From an uncultured bacterium (GTDB lineage Bacteria > Patescibacteriota > Minisyncoccia > UBA6257 > 2-01-FULL-56-20): a DNA stretch of 64,000 nucleotides. A program made the translations under genes and the position numbers. Position 1 is the stretch's first letter; each line of letters starts with the position of its first letter. The DNA lies in assembly GCA_963768625.1 (NCBI GenBank), contig CAVYIK010000003.1, positions 390,715 through 454,714 of the forward strand. The letters run 5' to 3'. Of this stretch, positions 18,378 to 27,015 are shown in pieces. A model generated the notes under the pieces. That model had not been told where the DNA came from and did no database searches. It saw only the letters and a list, made by a program, of their open reading frames with translations.

Positions 18378-18668
18378 TCAAAAATTCTCTTGATAAAGTT
18401 TGTCCTTCAGGGTCTTTATTGCCATAACGAGTTTTCGTACGTCCACTAAAACTTCCTCATTGTCCTCCTTGCCGAAATTGAACGACTCAATCATAAGCTC
18501 TCTCGTGGGCTCATCTACGAAAACGAATTGTGCCCGCTTCGGATCTGTGATTTTATCGATATTCACCAACTCCATTCCCTTGGCGAATAGGAAAGCGGCC
18601 AAATAAAAATTGGACAGTCGGAAATATTTGTCATCTTGAATGATCTCCTTACTCATTTTCGTAAACAT
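18378..18668 (-). CDS. DUF5659-like small protein (96 aa)
   Basis: FYLAAFLFAKGMELVNIDKITDPKRAQFVFVDEPTRELMIESF resembles the DUF5659 pattern common in phage and CPR elements. Confidence 0.45.
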   Translation of the reverse strand: MFTKMSKEIIQDDKYFRLSNFYLAAFLFAKGMELVNIDKITDPKRAQFVFVDEPTRELMIESFNFGKEDNEEVLVDVRKLVMAIKTLKDKLYQENF

Positions 18669-18951
18669 TACTTAGCTCCCGCTCTCTCAGCTCTTCAAGT
18701 GAGAACGAATTGTTGTCGAGGTAACGCTTTTGTGCGTTGGTACCCCTGACCAAATCGCGAATTTTGTTAGTAATGACCCTGTTGGTAAATGTCCTCGGGC
18801 TGGCGCCCCTGCTCGGATCATATTTATCGACAACCTGAAAAAGATGCACGTATAGCTCTTGGGCTACATCCTGCCACTCCATCCCTCGGATTCGACTTAC
18901 TTTGGCTTTTGCCGTAATATCACGCTGAAAATCCAAAATGTTTATACTCAT
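18649..18951 (-). CDS. sigma-70 region-2-like mini protein (100 aa)
   Basis: QELYVHLFQVVDKYDPSRGASPRTFTNRVITNKIRDLVR resembles sigma70 region 2. No region 4 is present. Confidence 0.5.
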   Translation of the reverse strand: MSINILDFQRDITAKAKVSRIRGMEWQDVAQELYVHLFQVVDKYDPSRGASPRTFTNRVITNKIRDLVRGTNAQKRYLDNNSFSLEELRERELSNVYENE

Positions 18952-19115
18952 AGCGATTTATATTTTTATTTTCGAGACCTCTCAGCATCGCTATGCGGTT
19001 GGTAAACAAAAAAGGCTACCAACGGCGCCCAGCGAACTGAGCAAACTACCGTCGATAGCCCTTCTATAACGCTATCTGTGGCACCCAGCGGATGCCAAAA
19101 TATTCAATTTCCCTA

Positions 19116-19144
19116 ATTTTAGCCCAAAACCCCACGCCTGTCAA
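19116..19144 (-). promoter_or_regulatory. strong sigma70-type promoter (TTGACA-17 nt-TAAAAT) for the leftward element operon
   Basis: Minus-strand TTGACA (19144-19139) and TAAAAT (19121-19116). It predicts a leader of about 158 nt before the 18951 start. Confidence 0.55.
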
Positions 19145-19194
19145 CCCCTTCCCTATCTCTGTGCCCCCTTATAGCAATATACGAAAAGCGCTAT

Positions 19195-21027
19195 TTAAGG
19201 CAACCACCCCCACTCAACAGATTTAACGTTGATTTCCTTACAGTTATTACATAAAGCCTTAATAGTCGCTTTCCCGTATTCCACTTCAACCGTAACTTCG
19301 GACCACCCTTTAGCGGTGAGATGATTCAAGAGGTTGTTGTAGGCAAATTTTGACAACAATTGGCCGCAATAATAACAAGGCCATTCCCCTTGCGATATTT
19401 GATTCAATTTTTTAGTGTTTATGCAATTATCACAAATTACCGATCGAGAAATTTCCATGGCGTTACGACCAGTGTTCTCTATATGTAACTGAACCGGCGT
19501 CTTCCGGCATGCACTGCAAAATACAACGTCTACGTACCAAGAAACTTTTTGACGAAACTCTTCCCCTCTCTTTCCCCAACCCTCAGCATCCCTCCTAACC
19601 TTGTCTTGTTCCGTCCTCAGCAATGCCCTTTGTTGAAGGCTGTCGAGATTATTGAACTTCCCTTCGCGAATCAGTTTCATCCATAAAGTGTTCCCCCCAT
19701 TAATCTCTTGCCAAGCCACATGCTCTCTCTCTCGAAATTGGCTATCAATCTGCGAAAAGGCGATTCGTAGTTCGTGTTGAAAATCGCCCAGCCTACTCAT
19801 TATTGCCCTAACAATCTCCTGCCTGATTTCCGTTTCGGTTGGTTTCTTACCCGATTGAACTTCGCGTTGCTTTAGTATCATGTCAACATAACGCCGAGTG
19901 GCAGGGTCAACTTTTTCTAGCACGATCGCATCTTTCTCGTTTATCCTCCTAAGATTTCCAGCGTAACTTCGGTTCCCATACAAACCTTCAAATTCTTTCA
20001 GCGCTGCTCCGACGGAATTGATCGTCTTTAAAACTTCGTCAGTGACGAATGTTTTATTATCGCCTTCCTTTTGCCATTGATTAAACTGTTCAATCGAATA
20101 TTTGAGCGCATTCAAATCCTCTCCCTGTTGATAGCTAGTTTTTGACATCAGATATGGTAAATGTTCGGGATGAAGAAACTCAAAAAACGGTCGAGTTTGC
20201 TGTCCACCCACCATTTCATGGATTTTCGTAAGAAAACCGTAAATTACATAAAGCTCTTGAGCGATTGCCGCGTCCCCTTTGAGTAGATCTTTTCTGTGTT
20301 GCGGGTGACGAGCGATATAGTAATACCAGCGCTCAAGGGGGTCGATTGCGGTAGCTGCATTGCCCACGTGCCATCTAAGTGTATTTATTTTATCGACGCT
20401 CAGGCCATATTGTTCCAAAAGATTTTTCCCATCCGTCCTGATCGGATCGAAATTGTAAGCGTAGGATGGTGCTCCTGCAAACATTCTTCCTTCACCATAC
20501 TCAATTTCATGCTGAGGATAGAGGTCAAAACTATGCAGGAGTTCCAAAAACTGATGATAATGTTCGCAAACCAGAAATGGGTCAAGCATCGGCGGCTCAA
20601 TCTTGCCCCTCTTTCCCCTTGCCGCCTCCACGCTGAATCTCATCCCCGACCCCCAGTTCATCATCCTGGAACCTTGGCTACGGTAGAAATCTAATTCTCC
20701 TCGGACAATGCGTCCCCATAAAAGGCTATCATCTAACACCGAGTTTTCTCTGAGTTCGGCAATGATGTAAATCTGGAATGGACTATAATAACTGACCAGC
20801 TCGGATTTTTCAGTGCCGTCTTGCTGTTTAATGTTCTCTTCTACTTTCAAGACGGGTTTGATAAAACCATCTTTCTCTGCTGCTGCAAGAAAAATTTCAT
20901 CAATATCGAGCTTACGAGCGGTGTGTACGCTTGCATCATCATAGGTACAGTGACTGATAAACCCTTGTCGACTGAGCAATTGATCCTTTTTAATCGCGGC
21001 TTTCTTCTCCTCGTTATTCATACTCAT
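19195..21027 (-). CDS. hypothetical protein, 610 aa, with a C-terminal multi-cysteine (zinc-ribbon-like) region
   Basis: Long intact ORF in about 40% GC DNA. The C-terminus reads CSACRKTPV...CDNCINTKK...CYYCGQLL...CNNCKEI. No family recognised. Confidence 0.6.
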   Translation of the reverse strand: MSMNNEEKKAAIKKDQLLSRQGFISHCTYDDASVHTARKLDIDEIFLAAAEKDGFIKPVLKVEENIKQQDGTEKSELVSYYSPFQIYIIAELRENSVLDDSLLWGRIVRGELDFYRSQGSRMMNWGSGMRFSVEAARGKRGKIEPPMLDPFLVCEHYHQFLELLHSFDLYPQHEIEYGEGRMFAGAPSYAYNFDPIRTDGKNLLEQYGLSVDKINTLRWHVGNAATAIDPLERWYYYIARHPQHRKDLLKGDAAIAQELYVIYGFLTKIHEMVGGQQTRPFFEFLHPEHLPYLMSKTSYQQGEDLNALKYSIEQFNQWQKEGDNKTFVTDEVLKTINSVGAALKEFEGLYGNRSYAGNLRRINEKDAIVLEKVDPATRRYVDMILKQREVQSGKKPTETEIRQEIVRAIMSRLGDFQHELRIAFSQIDSQFREREHVAWQEINGGNTLWMKLIREGKFNNLDSLQQRALLRTEQDKVRRDAEGWGKRGEEFRQKVSWYVDVVFCSACRKTPVQLHIENTGRNAMEISRSVICDNCINTKKLNQISQGEWPCYYCGQLLSKFAYNNLLNHLTAKGWSEVTVEVEYGKATIKALCNNCKEINVKSVEWGWLP

Positions 21028-21082
21028 TTTGCCCTTAATCTACCGCCTTTTGGCGATTTTCTCAAGCGAGTATAATAAAAAT

Positions 21083-21562
21083 ATGCTCTGGTTGATTGGG
21101 ATAGCGTTGTTTCTTCTCTTTTGGTTTATATTCCCGCCATTCCGGAAATTCGCCGTTATCGCTGGCATTTTAATTGTCGCGGGTATAGGCATCATCCTGT
21201 TGTGGTCTAGCCAACAAGAGCAAGCATCTATGTCTCTTATCAAACCTTATCAGATAGAAATAGACAATTTGCGCCTCGGCCAACAATATAGTAGTTACAG
21301 TCTTTCCGGCCAGATAAAAAATAATTCAGATCATGAATTGACCGACATTGTTTTGGACGTGAAAGCCTTCGACTGTCCAACTAGTTCTATAACGTCGGCA
21401 TGCAACACAATCGGAGAGGATAAGAACGCATATTTCTTTGTCGACGTACCGGCCGGGCAGGTGCGCTCGATGAGCGACTCATTTGTGTCATTTGGCGATA
21501 TGCCGCCTGTTCAAGGTCAATTCCTATGGTCATATTCAATCGTCGAGATCAAGGGAGGCTAG
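21083..21562 (+). CDS. hypothetical two-TM membrane protein with an extracytoplasmic domain
   Basis: MLWLIGIALFLLFWFIFPPFRKFAVIAGILIVAGIGIILLW, then a soluble domain. A TATAAT at 21071-21076 lies only 6 nt before this ATG (possible leaderless start). The tracked start is 21029. Confidence 0.5.
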   Translation: MLWLIGIALFLLFWFIFPPFRKFAVIAGILIVAGIGIILLWSSQQEQASMSLIKPYQIEIDNLRLGQQYSSYSLSGQIKNNSDHELTDIVLDVKAFDCPTSSITSACNTIGEDKNAYFFVDVPAGQVRSMSDSFVSFGDMPPVQGQFLWSYSIVEIKGG

Positions 21563-21601
21563 AAATTGACAGGGTCTCAGTAAGAGTTAGAGTGAATACA
21601 A

Positions 21602-22696
21602 ATGCAGCCGATTGCCCTGCGGGTCAGCATCGGTTGCCTACTTCTTGGAGCAGGGATGCTTTTGGCAGCCCCGTTGATGGCTTTTGCTACTTCAGGGGCA
21701 TGCTCCTATCACGGCGGCGTAGATTGCGCGGCGGGTCCGGGTATTTATGGGCAGGTCATCTGCAACGATGGATGGACGGATAGTAGTGTCAGTTATGATT
21801 CGATGGTCGAATGCGGTGGCGGTTACTATTCTCCACCGTCATGTCCGATATTCTCTAGTTACGATTCTTTATCCGGTTCCTGTAAGTGTAACTATGGCTA
21901 TGTAGCGAGTGGCGACCAATGCATCTCGCAAGATGAAGCTTGCCAAAATCAGTTAGGCTACGAATCTCAGTACAACATTTTAAACAATACGTGCGAGTGC
22001 AACTCCGGATATATTATCCAGGGAGGAACGTGCGTCAACGCCAATAATTACTGCTGGAATAATTTTGGTTACGGATCTGAGTTTAACAGCCTCAGCAAAC
22101 AATGCGAATGCAGCTCGGGATATCAGTTCGATTCCAGTTCCGAGCAATGCGTCAGTGCAGCAACCTATTGTGAAAATACCTACGGCAGCCATGCAGAATC
22201 TGATTATGCTGGTGTCTGTAAATGCCAATATGGATATGTACTTAACTCTACTAAGGACACGTGTATTAGCGGTGACGATTACTGCCAAGCCGCTTTTGGA
22301 AATTATGCGACATATGATTCCTTATCTAACACCTGTGGCTGCCAAGACGGCTATGAAATGACGAATGGTCAATGCCAAGAAGTTCCTGTCGTTTCAGACC
22401 AACCCGTGCCCATCATTGAAAACAATTACCCAACCACTTACAGTCCGACTCCAACGCCCACTCCAGCACCCGCTCCCAAGCCAAAACCGATTATTAAAAA
22501 AGCTCCCGTTGTTACTCCACTGCCCCCTGTTCAAATTGAAGCAACCACCTCCGCTTCGTCTAGCGTTACTACTGCGACATCTTCTGCGACAACGTCTACG
22601 GCCACAACAACGAACACTCAGACGGCATCTCAAGTTTCAAACGATGGATTTCTCGCTCGATTCTGGAAATTCTTAACAGGACTATTTAGCAATTGA
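21602..22696 (+). CDS. secreted cysteine-rich protein with five EGF-pattern repeats and a Pro/Thr-rich tail, 364 aa
   Basis: Signal peptide, then the ATSGACSYHGGVDC module, then five matches to C-x-C-x2-G-Y-x(6,8)-C (aa 94-258), then a PTPTPAPAPKPKP linker and S/T-rich region. Confidence 0.7.
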   Translation: MQPIALRVSIGCLLLGAGMLLAAPLMAFATSGACSYHGGVDCAAGPGIYGQVICNDGWTDSSVSYDSMVECGGGYYSPPSCPIFSSYDSLSGSCKCNYGYVASGDQCISQDEACQNQLGYESQYNILNNTCECNSGYIIQGGTCVNANNYCWNNFGYGSEFNSLSKQCECSSGYQFDSSSEQCVSAATYCENTYGSHAESDYAGVCKCQYGYVLNSTKDTCISGDDYCQAAFGNYATYDSLSNTCGCQDGYEMTNGQCQEVPVVSDQPVPIIENNYPTTYSPTPTPTPAPAPKPKPIIKKAPVVTPLPPVQIEATTSASSSVTTATSSATTSTATTTNTQTASQVSNDGFLARFWKFLTGLFSN

Positions 22697-22697
22697 G

Positions 22698-23006
22698 ATG
22701 GGCTTCTTATCAAAAATTAAACAGCGAAAGAGCGAGATTATAACGTGGGGTGTTATTGCGCTTGTTATTTTAGGAATTTATGGCTACTACCATTGGTATG
22801 TTCCCTATTGGGATCTAAAGCACGGGTTTGTGGTTGTTAGCGGCTTTGATTGCCCGAGCGATCATCCCATTAAAGCCCATCTAGGGAGCATGATTTATCA
22901 CTTGCCCGGCGATCCTTATTACGCCAGAACCAGTGCTTCAAATGGAGAATGTTTTGACACGTCTCAACACGCAGAACAGCAGAATTTCCGAGCAATAATC
23001 AGATAA
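22698..23006 (+). CDS. membrane-anchored small protein with a sunset-like domain (102 aa)
   Basis: N-terminal TM helix, then CPSDHPIKAHLGSMIYHLPGDPYYARTSASNGECFDTSQHAEQQNFRA, resembling the IKGN..YH.PG..Y....CF....A...G.R pattern. Confidence 0.45.
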   Translation: MGFLSKIKQRKSEIITWGVIALVILGIYGYYHWYVPYWDLKHGFVVVSGFDCPSDHPIKAHLGSMIYHLPGDPYYARTSASNGECFDTSQHAEQQNFRAIIR

Positions 23007-23008
23007 GA

Positions 23009-23782
23009 ATGAAAAAATATTTATCGTTCTGTTTGTTTATCGTGAGTATCGCACTACCGTTATCGGTTCTTGCAACATCGGGAGCGTGTTCTTATCACGG
23101 CGGCGTAAATTGTAAGGTGGTTTCGGAGGCGGGCGGTAATGCTATTTGTAATGACGGCTGGGTTAGTTCAGTTCAGTATTCGGATGTCGATGAATGTAAG
23201 CAAGCAGGTTCATGCTTGTATGGCATGGTCGACCAGGCAACTCACGATAAGGCCGTAAGTGATTTTAATACACTTACAACTAATTTTATGAACGATGCAA
23301 GTCAAACTTTTAACAATGCTTTGAAGAATTTAGGTTCTTATTCATATGCAGACCAAGTGATCGCCCAAGCAAAACTAGATGCGTATAATGCTCAAGTGAA
23401 ACTTTTGGAAGGGACGATTAGTTGCCCAATAAAACCGTCGGTAACAACTACTACCCCAACCTCATCGACTTTCGCGCCCTCACTAACCCCTCTCACTATC
23501 AATTCAACCTCAGCGGTGAGTCCTTTGGCCGTAATGAGTTCGTCGTCTTATGCCTCAGTAACTCAAAATCTCCAAGTCGGAGCTTTGGGCCAAAGCGTCA
23601 TAAACCTTCAACGCTTTCTTGAGGACAAAAGGTTTCTTACGCTTCCGTCAGGAACCAGCGAGGGGTACTTCGGGAATCTAACGAAGCAAGCGCTCGTCGC
23701 TTTTCAGAAATCAGCAGGGCTACCCGCGACGGGGTATTGCGGGCCAATGACCAGAGCGGCAATTACTGACTCGTCTAAATAG
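23009..23782 (+). CDS. secreted protein with an N-terminal SGACSYHGGV module and a C-terminal peptidoglycan-binding domain, 257 aa
   Basis: Signal peptide. ATSGACSYHGGVNC...ICNDGW...DEC is paralogous to the 21602 protein. The C-terminal LGQSVINLQRFLEDKRFL...GYFGNLTKQALVAFQKSAGLPATGYCGPMT is PG_binding_1-like. Confidence 0.65.
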   Translation: MKKYLSFCLFIVSIALPLSVLATSGACSYHGGVNCKVVSEAGGNAICNDGWVSSVQYSDVDECKQAGSCLYGMVDQATHDKAVSDFNTLTTNFMNDASQTFNNALKNLGSYSYADQVIAQAKLDAYNAQVKLLEGTISCPIKPSVTTTTPTSSTFAPSLTPLTINSTSAVSPLAVMSSSSYASVTQNLQVGALGQSVINLQRFLEDKRFLTLPSGTSEGYFGNLTKQALVAFQKSAGLPATGYCGPMTRAAITDSSK

Positions 23783-23834
23783 ATGACGTTCGCATTAGGT
23801 TCCTATTCAAGTCCGTGGCCGCAGTATAAAAGAA

Positions 23835-25310
23835 GTGGGAAATAAAAATATGTTTTGTAAAAACTGCGGGGCAAAAATAGAAGAAGGTGGTAAGTTTTGC
23901 AAACATTGCGGGCATCCTTTGGACATTCCCGCCGAGCCCAAGCCTTTGATACAACCCAATCCCGCCCCAGACGATAATGGCTCGGGACGAAACGCTTTGA
24001 GCGAAAAGGTGTCCAAGCCGAGTAGACAGGGAAGGGATATAGCCATACTTATCCTCGTCCTCGGCGGTGCCGCATTTTTGTTCTACTTTATGATCGAAGC
24101 AATACTGACAAGTAGTCTTCAGCCCCTGGCGACCCCCTTCGTTGCTGCAAATAGCAACAATATCGGGGCTACCGAGTCCAACACGCAGATATCATCGCCT
24201 ATTCAAACTGCACCGCAACAGCCAACTCAAGCTCCCCCCGTTGCGAGCGGCCAAACCAATCAGAGTACTAACAACCAACAACCCCAAGAGATCCCCTCAG
24301 ATTCATCCGGCAATTTATCACCTTCCTTAATCAATCAAATAGAACCCGCTATCGTTGAAATTAATTGCTACCCTGCGGGTAGCAACAGTGTCCGGATACA
24401 AGGTTCCGGCACTTCAGTGAATGTCAAAGGAACGATCGAAATTACAAGCAATTTTCACGTCTACGGCATGGCAGTTGAGGGAAGTGCCTTACCTACCTGC
24501 TATGCCGTTTATCCCCAACCGCCGGATTATTCATATAACTATGCATATGGGGACTACCAATTAACCCTAATTGGTGAACATTATGATGCTACCACGTACC
24601 AAGATTCGGCTATTTTCGAACTTGGGCAACTTTATCCTTCTGCCACTGCATTAAGTCATGTACCAGTGATAAATGACGCACCTGTTTCTGGTCTCAATTC
24701 CAACTGTGGTGGCGTTGAAGTCGGCGACACCGTGACAATTTTCGGATATCCGAGCTCAGGTAATTTGCTCGGCATTTCAGAAACGGTCACGCATGGAATA
24801 ATAAGCGGATTGGTGACGGGGCCGATTTATAAGACCGATGCGCCAATCGATCACGGCAATTCAGGAGGGCTCGCCATTTTGAACAAGAACCAGTGTGCGC
24901 TTGGTATCCCGACGCTAGGGGAGTCCGGCCTCACGGCAGGAATTGGTTATATCCAATCTTTTGCTCTCGCCTTATCTACTTCCAACAATAGCACCCAGCC
25001 CCAGAATGTTACTCCGGCACCAAGTGCGCCCTCTTATTCAGCGCCAACAAATCCAAGATATTTTCAACTCAACGTAACGGGCGTCTGTAGCGATTATGGT
25101 CAAAACGGTACCGTTATTCTCTCGGGTTATCCCATGACAAGCGATTATAGTATCCCCAGTGACGATATAACGAACTGGACCGATGGCGATGTGGCTTTCA
25201 CGGTGCCTACGGTTGTCCCTGCGGGCACCTATCAGGTGACTGTTCGGGGATATGAACCTGGAACGGGTTTTTGTGCGGACGTTCATGGCGGAAGTATCAC
25301 TATTCACTAA
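23835..25310 (+). CDS. zinc-ribbon / TM / trypsin-like (S1) serine protease with a C-terminal Ig-like domain, 491 aa
   Basis: MFCKNCGAKIEEGGKFCKHCGHP zinc ribbon, one TM helix and a Q/P-rich linker. Candidate catalytic triad contexts are TSNFHVYG, YQDSAIFEL and DHGNSGGLAI. Confidence 0.65.
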   Translation: MGNKNMFCKNCGAKIEEGGKFCKHCGHPLDIPAEPKPLIQPNPAPDDNGSGRNALSEKVSKPSRQGRDIAILILVLGGAAFLFYFMIEAILTSSLQPLATPFVAANSNNIGATESNTQISSPIQTAPQQPTQAPPVASGQTNQSTNNQQPQEIPSDSSGNLSPSLINQIEPAIVEINCYPAGSNSVRIQGSGTSVNVKGTIEITSNFHVYGMAVEGSALPTCYAVYPQPPDYSYNYAYGDYQLTLIGEHYDATTYQDSAIFELGQLYPSATALSHVPVINDAPVSGLNSNCGGVEVGDTVTIFGYPSSGNLLGISETVTHGIISGLVTGPIYKTDAPIDHGNSGGLAILNKNQCALGIPTLGESGLTAGIGYIQSFALALSTSNNSTQPQNVTPAPSAPSYSAPTNPRYFQLNVTGVCSDYGQNGTVILSGYPMTSDYSIPSDDITNWTDGDVAFTVPTVVPAGTYQVTVRGYEPGTGFCADVHGGSITIH

Positions 25311-25379
25311 AATCCGATTTATTGGCTAGATGTGAAGCAGTTTAGAATTTTTTAATCTCCTTTTTGGTAGCCTTCTCGT

Positions 25380-25520
25380 ATGAACGAGGATTTAACCGAC
25401 GAGGAGTTTAAGGAATTGTGCCGGAATTGGAATGAAGAAATGCGACTTAAAAGAGAGGAGATTGTGGGCCAGATCCACGAACTGACCAGGCTGTTATTAG
25501 AATTGCAAAAGCTTCTGTAG
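25380..25520 (+). CDS. possible small coiled-coil ORF (46 aa)
   Basis: MNEDLTDEEFKELCRNWNEEMRLKREEIVGQIHELTRLLLELQKLL. It is below the ORF-track cutoff and was found by manual translation. Confidence 0.25.
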   Translation: MNEDLTDEEFKELCRNWNEEMRLKREEIVGQIHELTRLLLELQKLL

Positions 25521-25563
25521 ATTGATTCCTGATATAATCTATTCGTGGTTCGCCCACAGCTGA

Positions 25564-26358
25564 ATGACCAAATTATCGTTTTCCAAAAAGCAGGTACTTA
25601 TCAACGTTCTTAAGCTTGTCATCGTCCTCGGCATATTATTGCTTGCGGTATATCTTTGGTTTATCTGGAGCCTCAGAACGGTCGTTGCTCAAAAGAGTTG
25701 GCTTGATCCGAGTTTTTGGGTGGGGGGCATCTTACTTATCGTCGGCTTTGTACTAGGAATCACTGAGGTTTGGCTATTGAAAAAACTTGATGCTTGGTTG
25801 GATAGAAAAATCTTCGAAATCAAAAATGCGCTCAAGGGAAATCGGGGCGAAAAGAAAACGTTTGAGCGGCTGAATGAGATGCTGGGTGATCGTTACAAGA
25901 TTTACAGAAACTTCCAGATTCCTAGCAGGAAATTCGATATCGACGCTATGGTGGTAGGGCCGAAGGGCATTATCACGTTCGAAATAAAGAATATCGGCAC
26001 AGAGAAGGACACGTATCGCTTTGAAGGAACCGACATATACAAAATCACGACATATAGCAATGGGAATGTGTGCTCCTGCAAATTGGGCGGATATAAAAGC
26101 GGCAATCCAGTCGAAGAAGCTATGCGACATAATCAAGTACTGGAAGAATGGCTCATGAAAAATGGCTACGAAGGCATAAAAATAAAAGGGGCCATCTTAA
26201 TGACGAGCGATGCAAAGATTGAGGATCTGAAAAACCCCGCCGTCTATGTCATCAAGGGATTCGACGGGATAAAGCGATATATGGACGGGGCATTTGAGGA
26301 CCAGAGATTCACGGATGACTTTTGCGCAAAACTGAATCGGCTATTTGCTGACCAATAG
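25564..26358 (+). CDS. membrane-anchored NERD (nuclease-related) domain protein, 264 aa
   Basis: Two N-terminal TM helices, then GNRGEKKTFERLNEMLGDRYKIYRNFQIPSRKFDIDAMVVGPKGIITFEIKNIG, the NERD pattern. An extended -10 (TGATATAAT) lies about 30 nt upstream. Confidence 0.65.
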   Translation: MTKLSFSKKQVLINVLKLVIVLGILLLAVYLWFIWSLRTVVAQKSWLDPSFWVGGILLIVGFVLGITEVWLLKKLDAWLDRKIFEIKNALKGNRGEKKTFERLNEMLGDRYKIYRNFQIPSRKFDIDAMVVGPKGIITFEIKNIGTEKDTYRFEGTDIYKITTYSNGNVCSCKLGGYKSGNPVEEAMRHNQVLEEWLMKNGYEGIKIKGAILMTSDAKIEDLKNPAVYVIKGFDGIKRYMDGAFEDQRFTDDFCAKLNRLFADQ

Positions 26359-26415
26359 TAAGCTTGAATGGAGGTCTTATTTGACTTTTTAATATCAATT
26401 CAGTAAATTGACAAT

Positions 26416-27015
26416 ATGGTCAAACTAGTGAATCAGACCAAGTTTGCCGCGAAGATAAAGGGGAAAAGGATACCCATATTCACCGTTCGTGAGGTACAGC
26501 AACTCTTTGGATTATCAAAGGGAACGGCGGTCAAGCTATTGCACCGTTACACTAAAAATGGTTTCACTGTACGCCTAAAGAGAGGATTGTATGCTTTCCC
26601 CGACGCTTTGCCGCCCGATTTGTTTATCGCAAATAAACTATATGAACCTTCGTATATTTCCTTACAATTCGCGCTTTCTTATCACGGAGTGATCCCAGAA
26701 ACAGTGTATGAAATAACATCGGTTACCACCAAGGCAACGCGCCGCTTTGAAGTGGGAGGAAAGATCTATACCTACCGCCGCATTAAGCGTCAATCGTTTA
26801 CGGGATACCAGACCGAGCGACAGGCGGGAATAAGCTTTCTTATTGCCGAGCCAGAAAAAGCATTTGTTGACCTTCTGTATTTCCGCTTATACTCAGGGAG
26901 GAAGCCACTCTCACGTTTTAATAAGGGGAAAATAGATGCAGCGAAAGCATTACGATATGCAGAATTATTTGGAAATTCAAAATTGACGGGCATTATAAAA
27001 ACCACATTACGATGA
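26416..27015 (+). CDS. AbiEi-family antitoxin (type IV TA / abortive infection)
   Basis: N-terminal wHTH (FTVREVQQLFGLSKGTAVKLLHRYTKNGFTVRLKRGLY), then SYISLQFALSYHGVIPE. An ATGA overlap links it to the downstream AbiEii gene. Confidence 0.7.
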   Translation: MVKLVNQTKFAAKIKGKRIPIFTVREVQQLFGLSKGTAVKLLHRYTKNGFTVRLKRGLYAFPDALPPDLFIANKLYEPSYISLQFALSYHGVIPETVYEITSVTTKATRRFEVGGKIYTYRRIKRQSFTGYQTERQAGISFLIAEPEKAFVDLLYFRLYSGRKPLSRFNKGKIDAAKALRYAELFGNSKLTGIIKTTLR

